Positions 40,201-53,099 are shown, numbered from the stretch's first letter. The stretch: DNA of 64,000 nt from Lepidodermella squamata (GCA_047495785.1 JBLDXI010000001.1:2480001-2544000); one strand, 5' to 3'. Notes: a model not told the origin generated them from the sequence alone. Numbers and translations: made by a program.

Positions 40201-42020
40201 AATGAATCATGCCTCGGACCGAACGAGTACTGCCATAACGTGACCTGGGTATCCCCGATGTGCCCTATGTCTATGTGCCAATGCCTGCCCTTCTTCACAA
40301 ACGGCGTTTTCACGCCTGGTCTGGCCACAAATGACGAAAATATCTGCGAACCAGTAACCTTACTCAATATTGGCGAAAATTGCACAGGAGCTTATTACGA
40401 ATATATTATGGCTAAAAACGCGGAATGTTCGAAAGGTCGAGTCACGTGCCTACCCGGGTTCGACCAGTTGGACTCGCAGGGTGACTGCGTTGTGTCGAAA
40501 TACGGCAAGTTAGGATCAGGAGCCGCGTGCCGTGACTCATCGCAATGCCGCGGCAGTTTGATCTGCAACCCAGATCAATTCTGTGAATGCCCGTTTTCGC
40601 ATCAAAAATTTGACCCGGATTTGGGTGACTGCACAACTAAAACCCTGGGTGACTCATGCATGGACAGCGGATCCTGCCCGTTAGGCCTTGTCTGCTTCGA
40701 CGGCGAGTGCGGATGTGGCCCGAATCGAATCGCAATCGCTTCGGTTGAAATTCATCCAATGACTGGGAAACTGGAGAATAAAACGGCTTGCTACCCGTTC
40801 GGGACAAATACAGTGGTTTTGAGGCCGGGTGAGAGTTGCGAAACGTTACCTATGTTGAATACTGGGATCGATAATTCAGAGGTTCGAGTTTGCGGGTTCG
40901 AATCCGTCTGCTTCTCCTGCCCGACTGAATCCTCCTTAAAAGATGAACAATGCCGTAAGTTACTTGGAAAATTCTCATTTTTTGTGATTTATTATGAATT
41001 TCAGGGAAAATTACCAGTTCTATCCCTGAACCAGCTTGGCTAATGAAACCAGTATCAGCTATTCCTTATCTCAGCAGCAGCTCCGAAACTGTACCAGTCA
41101 GCACTGAAGAACCCTATAGCATTACTTCCGAAGAAATCGTGTCAAAAACCCCGCTTCAAGCTATAACTTCTAGTCTCGATTCCGAGCCAGCAAATGGCGA
41201 GTGTTCAGCCGACCTGGATTGCCGGAGGCCGAATCAAATCTGCTCTTGGTCCTTCTGCGGCATGAAATGTACCTGTAAAGACGGGTTCATATTGGCTAAC
41301 AACGCCTGCCTACCGATAAAACAGCTGAATTTGGACGATAAATGCAATTCAAGCTCACTGAATGAGAAACTACCGCCTCATACTGTTTGTTTGAATTCAA
41401 AAGTTTCGTGTAATCCTTACTTTTACCGGAGAGGCTCGGGTGATTCATGCACACCCATCACCCGGGGCGCCTATGGGTCACCCTGTAGTGTCACCCAGAT
41501 GTCATACTGCATCAGGGGTGATCAAAACGACCCGACTCAATCGTTATGGTGCGATCCTAGGTCGAAAACTTGCGGCTGCTACGAATCATCCGCCTTAAAA
41601 TGGGACACATCTCAGGATCGCTGCATCAAACGCGAATATGGCGATTCATGCGTGGCGGACAGCGATTGCGCGGTATATGGCGATTTAGCAACAGGCGGCT
41701 ATACGTACGGCGGTGGGGCCTGCCTAGGCGGCCGGTGTGATTGTGCGATGAAATTTATTAAGGCGAACTTCAGTTATATCGATGCAGCAGCGACCAATAA
41801 GGTGCGCACAAAAACGATATGCGTGCACAAATCATCGAAGTTGAACCGCGAACCTGGCAAGCCGTGTCACGTCGACCCGATCTATTTCAGCGACAACCCG
41901 CTCGGCCAACTCGCCATTTGCCGGCCCGGTGATGTTTGCGTGAGATGCGACGGCGATCCGGCGATTGACAATCTACCCCTTCGAATGGGTGTCTGCGCGC
42001 CTGGAGTGCGGCCGAGTTGA
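37211..42020 (+). CDS. Secreted multi-module Cys-rich EB-like protein (paralog 3)
   Basis: Signal MLTSAIQLCNLCYLLLILFHAASA; several tandem Cys modules ending KTICV..C.(I/V)DP.Y; canonical splice sites. Confidence 0.82.
38435..38643. mobile_element. 209-bp MITE nested in a family A copy
   Basis: ~46-bp TIRs CAGGGTGGCCAAAAAG(A/T)GCC..AGGGGGCGAAGTT.ATTGATTGGA; no clean TSD. Confidence 0.8.
39716..39820 (+). repeat. Dispersed repeat family B
   Basis: Core ATCGAT..AAATCAGTGATTTT(T)CC..AT and ATGGTACC; copies at 11712-11760(-), 51612-51670(-), 56990-57150(+), 59981-60130(+). Confidence 0.72.
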
Positions 42021-42384
42021 CCTAGAAAAAGACAAAAACGAAAAATCGATTGACAAGTGAAAAGTGTGATTTTTGGCGAATTATTTGGATTTAAAATGTT
42101 GAATTTAATATTTTCGAAAAAATTGTTTGGGACATTATGAATCATCTTTTTCTGAATTTCACTGAAACTCCATTTTTCACTTGTTAACGGAGAATTTATT
42201 TTCGCCTTATATGTGCAGTGTGAAATCTAGCTCAAAAAATACATTCCTTCATTTTAATGTGAGATAAATTATGTAACCCGAAATTCAATCATGCGCGACA
42301 CAATCTAATTTTTACTTATAATTTTTTTTTGGCTGCACCGACTTTGATCTCCTAATAGCCAGTTAATATGCCTGGATCAATATA

Positions 42385-43210
42385 CACCTTTTTTCATTTG
42401 CATTTTCATAATGTGCAAAACAAATTTCACTAGTAGTTTTTTTCTTCTTCTCTGCGTATTCATTTTTTTCATTTTCTTACTTATTTTATTTAAAGAAACT
42501 TCTAACCGAAGTAGAACAGCAACGCAAGCTCTGTTTCCTACAATTGAGCTATCAAATTAAGGCTTATAATTGGATCCGCTCGATGGATCAATTAATTAGG
42601 AACGATAATTAATTAATGCAAAGAAATTCCCATTTTTCGTTTAAGGAGCAGAAGTCAAGTAGCAAAAAATCGAACACTGTTGTCAAGAGATCAGGTGGCT
42701 TAGTGGCGAGAGAGGCTGGCTGTGGAAAGTGTGATCGCGGGTTCAAATCTCACAGCCTGTGCAAGTTTTTATTTTTTTTCCTTGAATTTGAAGTAGGTCT
42801 GAACAAAAACCCGAAGAAAGTGCATCAAAAACCGCCGAACTTGGAGGCCACTTTGATTTATTGAATGTTCGGCGAGCTTTTGGTGGTCAGTGTGGTTCTG
42901 CAGTACTCGTACCGGCCTGGTTAGTTTCATCCAGGAAATAAAGTGGTTTCGTGGCTGGATTTTCAGATAAAATAGTTATCTTTGAAGCCGCCAACTTCAC
43001 CACTAAATACATCTTTTCAAGTGCTTCAATTTGATATCTTAATCATCGAAATCTGAGCTCGGGCTGCTATTCTACGTCGGTTAGAGGTTGGGTCAGTTTC
43101 TTTAAATAAAATAAGTAAGAAAATGAAAAAAATGAATACGCAGAGAAGAAGAAAAAAACTACTAGTGAAATTTGTTTTGCACATTATGAAAATGCAAATG
43201 AAAAAAGGTG
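42385..43210. mobile_element. 826-bp MITE with TA flanks
   Basis: TA|CACCTTTTTT and AAAAAAGGTG|TA; ~115-bp near-perfect TIRs (42385-42500 vs ~43095-43210) plus further imperfect pairing. Confidence 0.88.
42691..42760 (+). promoter_or_regulatory. tRNA-like Pol III A/B-box cassette (SINE head or pseudo-tRNA) inside the MITE
   Basis: A-box TGGCTTAGTGG 42696-42706 and B-box-like GGTTCAAATCT 42740-42750 at tRNA-like spacing; no convincing cloverleaf. Confidence 0.5.
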
Positions 43211-44145
43211 TAGACATCATAAATATCCTTAATAGCCCGACCTGCTACATCGTATGGTGGAAAAAACGGAAGTTGTTGAAAAATTTATGCAGGTATTATA
43301 CAATATAGATTTTTCTCTTTTGAGCCTTAGGCGGTCTCTTCGCAATTTTTTTCTTCTACCCCTTTGTCTACCTCGCGGACGGAAATTCGACGGTCGACGC
43401 GGTCATCCTAATCACTTATTTACCTGCGCAATACATTATCATCTCATTGAAAATCTATGCAAAACACGTTGAATGAAGAATATAAGTAAGCGATATAGCA
43501 GTGCCCTCGGTTCATTCTGAACAATGTAGTTTTTGCAACCTCGAAATCTTTTCAATTTACTTTCAAGTGTCTCGCATTGTTTTGTGATTGTTCGTGTAGC
43601 GCGGGATAGCCGCCTTAAAACAACAATTTACTCACTACTCAACCTATTTTTTATTGCGTGTTTTATTGCGTGTTCGTTTTATTACCTCTACATCGATTTA
43701 AAATCACTTCAATACTTTGCTCCTACTTTACGAGAAAATTGCTCGATTCGTTATCAAAGTCTGTAATATATTTGCACTAGACCTTAATTGTTCTGCGTTT
43801 AATTAAAGATTAAAATCGTATTATTTCTTGACCGAAAAAAGCTAAAACATTTCAATAAAAAATATTGCGAGAAATATAATGCCAGCGCGTCTTTTTTCAC
43901 ACCGCAAGGCCCTTCGTTTGGCTTTAAATCTCTTGATTAGCTTCGTTAAAAGCGCATTGCCGCAAGTTGACCCGTACCTTGACTAGTCGCTTTCATGATC
44001 CGACTAAATTAAAGTAATCAATCTTTTGTTAGTGAGTATTTTGCTCGTTTTTCTTACGCATTTTTTACAGCCGCCGGCACTTAAATTTAGTGAAAAAAGC
44101 ATGTGAAAGTAGCAGAATAAAGCCAAATAGTTTCACCCGCAAAAA

Positions 44146-46279
44146 ATGGAAAAGCTCCGGTTTCTAATATTCACAGCCGCCTGTTTTCACCTATCATTGA
44201 GTCATAGCAATAGAAATTCTGTCGGAAAGCGTAAGATGGAATTTTCAGTAATTGCGAAGTTGTCCGAACTTTTAATTCACAGCTTGCGATTCTAATTCGA
44301 CGTGCACTGGATCTAATGAATTTTGCAATCACGTGTCATGGGTGGTAAGGAAATTATTTGTATTCAGAATATTTTTAGGAAATTTTCTTTTTTAGAGCCC
44401 GAGCTGTTCACCCAGAGGAATTTGCCGGTGCTTGCCATGCTATACCACTGGCGATTATTCTGGATATTCTTGGGGCGCCTTGAGTTCCTTGCCCTGCCAG
44501 CAAAGTAAGATTAACTATGAGAGAAAAAACAATTAATAAGTATATAGTTGATAATTTATATTTTATTTATTTATTATAATTATAATTTTTATTTTATTAA
44601 ACATTTATAATTAATTTAATGCTGATTTATGAACTATTTTTCCGTAAATCTAAAATATCTCTATTTTTCCAGTTTCTATTCTGAATTACGGTGACCCCTG
44701 TTTGGGTGTCTACTACGAAAAATACCCGTCTCGCAACGCTGAGTGCATCCGCGGCGTAGTCGACTGTTTACCCGGGAAAAAATGCCTCGGCCGAAATACC
44801 ACCAACTCAACAAACACCAAGCCATGGGGCGGCAGTTGCTTCCAGAACTCGGACTGCTCCGGAGAAATGGTATGTATCAACCAGAAATGCTCTTGCTTCA
44901 ACGTCTACGAACGCTACGACCCACCCGCTGGGATTTGCGTGAAACGAGAATTGGGTGACTCGTGTTTATCGGACGATGACTGCAAGGTGTCTGGCCGGCA
45001 CTGGAACGGCTTCACGTGGGACAGTGCCGTTTGCCTAAAAGGCAAATGCCGATGCGAGTTCAGAGAAACGCGGGCTAGTTACATTGACGCCGAAACCGGG
45101 CTATTCCGCACTAAAACAATTTGTGTCACCCTAAATGGCGCGACTGGGGTGAATCAAAGCCAGGAGTGCAATGTCGACCCGGTTTACTACAGTGATACTA
45201 CTCTACTAAGGAGCTGCCATGAAGATTTCGTCTGTATTTCATGCCCGAATGATTTCAACGGCGACTGGTCGCGGGGAAGGTGTCGGAAGTTGAATGACAC
45301 CCAGGCGGCTCAACAGGGTGTCTGCACTAATTCTACACGGCCCATCTTGCCCCGATACGATTGGCAAATATCAATGAGTTCAACCACCCAGGTTCCGATT
45401 ACTACTACGACGAGAGCTCCGATCACCCTGCCGAACCCAGGGGTGACTACAGCATCACCCTTAGGTGGCCCTAGATCGTGCCAAAACACCTCAAATTGTG
45501 GCACAAATCAGCAATGTATTTGGTCACCCTGTTCTCAAAAAAGCTGCCAATGTAAAGATGGCTATGAAAATTTCCCAAATTGTCAACCTATGAGAATGTT
45601 GGAAATTGGCGAATATTGCGATTTTAAGACGCCTAATTTAGAAAAACGGCTACCTCCCCACGCGATTTGTTTGAACAATACCGTTAATTGCAACCCGATT
45701 TACTACTACCGAATCGGTACTCGATGCGTTAAAATCGATCAGGGCAGTTACGGGTCGAAATGCGGGTCCCGTAGCCCTTGCCTCGGCGAGAAAATCCAGG
45801 AAAATCAGTTATGGTGCGATGAAATCAGCTATACATGCCGATGTTACGAATCGGTTGCTATGAAATGGAATTCAGACGCGGATCGGTGTGAAAAACGCGA
45901 ATTTGGCGATCAGTGTTCGACAAATGACGACTGCGCTGTATCTGGGTCAATTGCCGAGGGCGGTTACACATACGGCGGCGGAATTTGTTCGCAAAACAAA
46001 CGCTGCGAATGTGACTTGAATCGATTTATCGCTGTTAATTTCACGTATTACCACCCTGTTACCACGCGTTTAATGACTAAACCGATTTGTGTGCATAAAT
46101 CAGCGAAATTGAGCGTCGCGACAGGTCAACCGTGCATGCTTGACCCGATTCGGTTCGCTAATAACCCTCTAGGTCAGGTCGGTATCTGCCAACCGGGGAA
46201 TATTTGCCTCCGGTGTGATGGCACTGATGCCGTCAAATTTCTGCCGAAAATTCAAGGTATTTGCGTCGATTACCGATAA
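44146..46279 (+). CDS. Secreted Cys-rich EB-like protein (paralog 4)
   Basis: Signal MEKLRFLIFTAACFHLSLS; three short exons then a 1.6-kb exon (~44673-46279) with two module sets. Confidence 0.85.
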
Positions 46280-46676
46280 TTACCTCTAATAATCTCAAAT
46301 TTATACGATATGGAAATTGCGGATGCTCCCGGTCATCTTAATCAATGTTGTCTACATGTGATTTTTCGTAATTGTTGTTTGACTGTTGCAAAAAATAAAT
46401 ACCAATTATTTTCTGTGTTTCCGGTTGTTATTTTGTTCGCAAATTACGGCGATTTATTGCCGCAGGTCATTTGGCGAGTTTTATTCATTATCGAACGTAT
46501 GTTTTATTTACACTACACCGTTGCGGCGAGCAGTAAAGAAGCCCCCGAGATGGACCCACATCGATTACCTGGTCTCACTCAGGTGACAGTCGAGGTATGA
46601 GGCGAAATTTATGCGTTTTATAACGCGATTTGTACCAGTAATGAGTCGATCATTTTCTATAATACCGGCATCACAT

Positions 46677-48789
46677 ATGCGGATTTTAGTGGGATTTCTG
46701 GTTATTCCGTTTTTCATCGAATTTTCCAGTCAGAGCACTGTTGGTTTGGGTAAATTAAAATAAAAAAATATTCCCGATTTTTTTATTATTTTATGATAAT
46801 TTTAGAGTGCTATTCGAATTCGACGTGTTATGGGGAAAATGAATTTTGCCAAAAAATTGCAATCCAGGTAATTTTTTTCGCTTTGTTAATTTAATTTTTT
46901 ATTAATTTTATGAATTCTAGCAACGAAGTGGTAGCATCGGGCTTTGTCGTTGTTCACCCGGTTTTACCACAGACGAAACAAAAAGCGAACCATGCACCCC
47001 TGTAATTAACCTAGAAGTCGGCGATTATTGCTACGACACCTATGATGAATTTATTCGAACTTCGAACGCATTTTGCGACGGAATTGCCAGCCGCGTAGTT
47101 TGCTTACCTGGTTATACCCATGTGAAGGACAAAAATCCTTCGATATTCAGTGCCGATAAATGCTTTCGAGAGAATGCCGGATTAGGCGCTGTGTGTAAAT
47201 CAAGCCTTGATTGCGAGGGTGACCTATGGTGCTCGGATCGTTTTACCTGCCAATGCGATAAAGGTACATTTTTCTGAATTTTTTATCAAATTTTATCGAT
47301 TTTTTTGCTAGGTCTGATATTCGATGAAACAACTGGTAAATGCTATAAACGGCGATATGGCGACCCTTGCCGATCAGACTTCGACTGTCCTGATTTCGAA
47401 CAATCCGCCTTAATTCAACCGTTTGAATGTCGCAATGGTACATGCCAATGCCGTAGTCAAGACGTGAAAATCGAGGTCTCCTATTTCGAACAGAGTTGTA
47501 GCAGAATTTTAACCGAACCTATGTGCCTTATTGATTGGGCGACGAAAATTGGCAAGCAATTCGACGTGAGTCAAAGTGAGATGGACGTCGGGGAGATTCT
47601 ACAGATTTTAAAGCCGCAATTTCTAAATCCGATCTGCCCTGAGCATAAAACCGAATTATCAGCAGATTCAGCTACGCCTGACAGTGGGGTTGAAGAAATA
47701 GGTGCAGGGTATTTCAACCGAACTTGTATGGACGCGTTGGATTGCTTTAAGAACGAAGAGTGTGTATCGTGGTCACCCTGCGCTCGAATCAAGTTCTGCT
47801 CGTGTAAACCGGGCTATTTTCGAAATCGTGCAAATCAAGGTCTTTGTGAAATACCGAAGGAGAAATTACAGCTTGGAGACAAGTGCAGTGTTGCGGAGGA
47901 AGGGAATCTCCAGCTGCACATGACCTGTGTGGACTCGAAAGTGCAATGCCATCCTATGTACAAGGTAAGGATTTCCTTTTTCCTTTCCTTTCCTTTCCTT
48001 TCCTTTCCTTTCCTTTCCTTTCCTTTCCTTTCCTTTCCTTTCCTTTCCTTTCCTTTCCTTTCCTTTCCTTTCCTTTCCTTTCCTTTCCTTTCCTTTCCTT
48101 TCCTTTCCTTTCCTTTCCTTTCCTTTCCTTTCCTTTCCTTTCCTTTCCTTTCCTTTCCTTTCCTTTCCTTTCCTTTCCTTTCCTTTCCTTTCCTTTCCTT
48201 TCCTTTCCTTTCCTTTCCTTTCCAATTTAATATATAGATTCAAATTACATAAGTTTCCCCTACTTTTTTCAAGCAATTTGGGGGATCGTGTAAGGTACCC
48301 TCCACCGGATTTTATGGCTCATCCTGCAGCTTGTCCCAACCCTGCCTCGCAACGAGAGTCGAAGATCCTCACAGGCGGCTATGGTGCGACCAAGGCCGGG
48401 CAAAATGTCGCTGCTATGAATCATCAGCCATGAAATGGGACGAAACCCTAGATCGATGTACCTACCGCGATTATGGCGATCCGTGCGAAAGGGATGACGA
48501 TTGCGCCGGGTTCGGCTCTTTAGAAAAAGGTGGATACACCTACGGCGGTGGCTGGTGCGATCCTTCGACTTCGACATGCTCTTGTTGGCCAGCTAAATTC
48601 CGCTCCGTCCCTATCACTTACTTCGATTACAACTCATCGAAGCTAGTGATGAATAAAACTATTTGCGTGCATAAATCGGCGAAATTGAGAGTCGGAATTG
48701 GAGAGCCGTGCACGTTGGACCCGATCGAACGAGGCGATAATCCGTTAGGGATGACGCGAGTCTGCCAGCGTTGGATTAGTTTGGATTAG
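46677..48789 (+). CDS. Secreted Cys-rich EB-like protein (paralog 5a), C-terminally truncated
   Basis: Signal MRILVGFLVIPFFIEFSSQS (in-frame upstream ATG at 46641); last module stops at TRVCQRWISLD*, lacking the final Cys residues seen in paralogs. Confidence 0.72.
47979..48223. repeat. (TTTCC)49 perfect microsatellite
   Basis: Uninterrupted 5-mer array filling intron 47965-48273. Confidence 0.98.
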
Positions 48790-48867
48790 TTTGGATTTGT
48801 GCGTTGGATTAAAATCCCTGAAAGACCGCTCTGATTTTTTAATTTATTTTTCAATTTTTCAATTTAG

Positions 48868-51800
48868 GAAACACCTTGTCAGAAAGGCCTTTGTGCCTGT
48901 TTGCCTGGATACGTTTTGGATGGCGTGAAATGTACCAAAAGTAATTTTGCCATTATTTTTTGTGAGAATTTACATGCACTTTTAAGTTTCAATGGGGTCA
49001 ATCCCATCCAATTATCTTGAAAATATTCTCTAGGCATATTCAAATTGTTTAATTGAGCCGACCAATGATCATTAGTGAATCGGGCGTTATTACACATGTA
49101 ATCACATTGGGCTCAGTTTCGGGTTCTGGGCCCCCATCTCGCCAATCCGGTTTTTCCTCGACACCATTCTAGGCGAAGGCCCTCTGCCTGAGTCCCGCGA
49201 CCGACCGCCGTCGATCCCGTCCTTTGAGGCGTGACCATGGTCAAAATTTGATAAGAAGTCCGGTCAAGAAGAGTTTCGAAATATAGCTAAATAATATAAT
49301 ATAATATAGGCCTTGATGTAAATAATTAATCATCAATTTTTCTGCCAGTGTTGCACTTACGCCATTATGCACCCCGCAATTAGCGGGAATTTCGGCGCGC
49401 CGAATATATTTTTTTGCGACATTTAGATGTACACGAATCATCGTTATTTGTGGTTTACCCTCGGGTATTCGAATATTTTCACTTCCCAATAAAGATGCTC
49501 GTTCCTCTCTCTCTCCCGCTCTCACTCTGCTACCAGTCGGGGTCTCAAAAGGAGACCCACCGCGGCCTAAGCCGCTAAATCTATAAAAAAATAAGTATAA
49601 AAGATTTAAGGCCAAATCCTATGTATCAATTTCTGAGTCAAAGAATCGATATTATTCTTCATTTTTCAGAAGTTTTAATCAGCAATCTTGGCGATGCGTG
49701 TGACATTCAACATTTCGGCCAGTACTACGGCGTATCAAATGCCGACTGTTACGGCTCGGTTGTAGCGTGCAACCCAGGCTACTACCAACGCGGAAACAAC
49801 TCATGCATGGCCGAGGTAAGATTCCTAATTTTCCAGGATTAAATACAGCGTTTCCTATAATTAACGCAAGCAAAGAAAAAATACACGGAAAAGGGTTCAG
49901 AAACTCTAAAATGAGAGACCAAGTCACATCTCATGGCCAGAAAAATGTAGAAAAATTAAAAAAATTCACGAGAATTATAATCAAGCATTTTACTTGTTAA
50001 TGGGTTTAAAAAAGTCCGGAAAATTTGGTCCAACCGGGTAAAATACCGAAAATTACCGAACCAGTTATTATCGCTGTTAAAATATTGCTGTCAATATCCA
50101 ATATCCACTATACTTGATATAGGTATCATGTGCCGATAACCGGTTATGCCCGGGCGGCATGTATTGCGACACCCGGCAGCGGTGTTCGTGTTACTACGAC
50201 AAAAAGTTTGACCTAGTTACGCAGACATGCATCAAACGCGAGTACGGCGATGCGTGCCGGCGCGATACCGATTGCCAGGTTCAGGGCCGCGACTTCAACG
50301 GCTTCACCTTTCGATCGGCCATTTGCGTCGAGGGGTCTTGCGTTTGCGGCGATTTCGGCCAGGCTGCTGTTGCGACTTACATCGATCGAGCGACGAATGC
50401 GTACAAAACTAAAACGATTTGCGTATCATCTACAGCGACAATTAATGCTACTCAGGGTACTACATGTACTTTGGACCCGGTTTGCTTATCTAACCAAAAA
50501 AATCGAATTTTTTGTAAATCCGTTTTTACCAGGTTTATTGGTCAGATATCGCTGATACTGTAGTTTGTGAGCCGTCCCATATTTGTTACCAGTGCCCGGT
50601 AAAAAAAATTAAAATTTTGATTAAAATTCGAAAAGAATTAATAATTTTAGGAAGACTATCAATATCCCGATTACGGCAAAAATTTCTTCGGAAAATGCAG
50701 TGAGTTGAATTATAAAAAATTAAAAAATTTATCCACCTCAAATTTGTAGGAAAAATTAAGCGTGACAATGACTCATCGACTACTACTACTACGACAACTA
50801 CAACATCGACTACACCTCAACCACCTGTTGTTGAGAATGAAACAGCTCCGAATCTTCATTTACCGACTCCTAAAGTTGACGTTGTTATTGACTATGTTAC
50901 AAGTGAGAAGAAACGAGAGACGCATCGGCCTTCGACTCGGTCTTCGACACTTTCGACTCATAAAACGACCCAGTTGGATGCTTCTACGAAGCGATGGGTG
51001 ATTGTTACCATGCCAGGTGATCCGGGTAATTATAATGGAGGCGAAGAATCGACTGATGAATCTACAAGCGCTGCTACTACTAAAGTATTTAGGGTGGGTA
51101 GAAATATTTTCATTTAATTTTTATGTCTGCGATTTATTATACAATTTATTAGGACGACTCTGGCAAGCAAGCTTCGACAAATTTCCCGCCTATGTTAATC
51201 CGAGAAACTTGCAAGCTACCGCGGGTTGCCAACGGCCATTTCTACGCGTCGACTATGAATGGAACTTGGGTTCTAGTTTCCGGTTACGATTCGGTCCTAC
51301 CCGGTACCCATGTCAGTCTCAGCTGCGAATCGGGCCTGGCGCCCAGTGGAGGATCCACCAAAAGCGTTTGCTTGCTAAATGGCTTGTGGTCAGATATTTT
51401 CGGCCGATGCTACATGCCTACAACATCCACAAGTATGCTAAAAAAATTTCAGAAATATATAGAAAATATAGAGGAACCATATTCTAAGGGTCCAAATAAT
51501 TTTTCGTAGTTTGATCGATTATGCCCCCTTCCCCCTGAACCTAGAATTTTTTATTTCAGGGTCGCCCTAAGCTGCGAAGAAAAATGACCGATGGGTTCCA
51601 AGGCGGCAAATATTGAAAAAATCCCTGATTAGTAGAACCGATACTTGGAATCGATATCGGCTCTGCAGGCTGAAGTATAATTTGCAAACTGACAGCTTAC
51701 AGTGCAAAATACGAGTAATGTGAAGATCTATTGGCTAGGCATGATAGGAACAAAATTTAGATTCTAGGCATGAAATTCTAAAAAACATTTTTAGAGGAAA

Positions 51801-52470
51801 TTAGAGCCGGAAACCTAAAATTAGGGTGCCATCACCATATTCCAAGTGTTTGATAAATAGTCGAAATATTTCCTCTGCTAAAGCTAAGGTTCAAGCACTA
51901 AGGTTAAGCTTTTCCTGATTTTTTTCGATCATGAGGTACCCCAAAACCATGGGTACTTGTTACCATCAGTTAGTAACGTTGGCTTCGAATATCGGGAAAA
52001 ATCAGTTATTATCAAAATCGATACAAAAATTGATTTCGGGGAAATTTATTGCTGGAACCTTACTTTTGGGCTGTCCACTTGTCATATCAAAAACTTTGAA
52101 CAGGAATTATTTTTATTTTTAAAATTTCCAGCCGCTTCAACTCAGCCAAGAGTTACCGGTTCGAATAACAACGGCCCAGCTCCCGCTAAAAATGTGAGAC
52201 TCCAACATTATAGTAATTAATTTTTTCCTCGACCATCAATTTTGTACATAGTGCGCTGTTCCCGTGGTGTTGAACGGTGCCCTCTCGACTGATGACTCGA
52301 ACATTGTCGACATTTTCGCAGTTCGTCCCGGCAGCTTACTCAGTCTAACTTGCAATAGCGGCTACGTCGTAAGCCGCGGATCCACTGAAAGCGTCTGCTT
52401 GGCAAATGGACAATGGTGGAAACCGCTTGGCACCTGTATTCGCACCGCATTTTCCGTCAATAATTACTAA
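48868..52470 (+). CDS. Cys-rich EB-like plus S/T linker plus two sushi domains (paralog 5b), lacking its 5' exons
   Basis: First visible exon ETPCQKGLCACLPGYVLDGVKCTK is homologous to exon 3 of paralog 1; sushi exons at ~51153-51432 and ~52252-52470. Confidence 0.7.
49106..49578 (+). repeat. Repeat family C, Helitron-like 3' hairpins
   Basis: Both ends match an internally deleted copy at 53593-53694(-): ATTGGGCTCAGTT and CCAGTCGGGGTC..GACCCAC.GCGGC....GCCGCTAA. Confidence 0.6.
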
Positions 52471-53099
52471 AAAATTAGCACTGAAATTGTTCAATTTGAA
52501 ATCAAAATCTGTATTGCATTTATCAAAAATATGGGATCTTTTTTATTATTTTTTGTGAAATAAATATTAAATTCTGCATAAATTGTGGAATTTGTGAAAT
52601 TTTCACGCAATCCTTGTCGAGTTCCATCATAATAGCCCTTAAAGCTCAAATTGCCTTAATATTAAGTCACAGGAACCAGCAAAATTTATGAGCAGAATTA
52701 TCGAAACATCGAAAATTGAGTGTCTCAAAATGAGTGTAATGAATCATCCTGCAATCGGACAAACTAGCGGCTAATAATAATTGTTCTCGTAAATTCGTGT
52801 TACGCCGAGATAGCATGTAGTTACTTTTTTATATTATTTCAAATGAACTTGAAATTTTTGAACTACAAACACTAATTAAAAACTTTCATAATAGAGAGTT
52901 GGAATCTTTTGTAGCTACCCACGTGCCACCAAGATGCCACCAAACTTCACGTATAGCCAGGAGAAATTTTAGAATGTGGAACGCGGAATGTGGCACCGAT
53001 AGCGACGAATGCCACAACCGATTTAGCGTATATAAAGTAAAAAAACCAAATCATTCCTACACATTTTTGTTCATTCTGAAGTCGCAGCTTTTCGAAGCC

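Noticed and set aside
40955-41045. Apparent frameshift between ORFs 40120-41043 and 41043-42020
   Set aside because: Explained by a ~50-bp GTAAGT..TTCAG intron.
42691-42760. Functional tRNA gene
   Set aside because: A/B boxes are present but acceptor and anticodon stems do not pair convincingly.
47979-48223. Possible CRISPR array or telomeric repeat
   Set aside because: No spacers, eukaryotic context, and not a telomere motif or terminal position.
47866-48276. ERKGK / FPFLS repeat ORFs
   Set aside because: Translations of the intronic (TTTCC)n tract.
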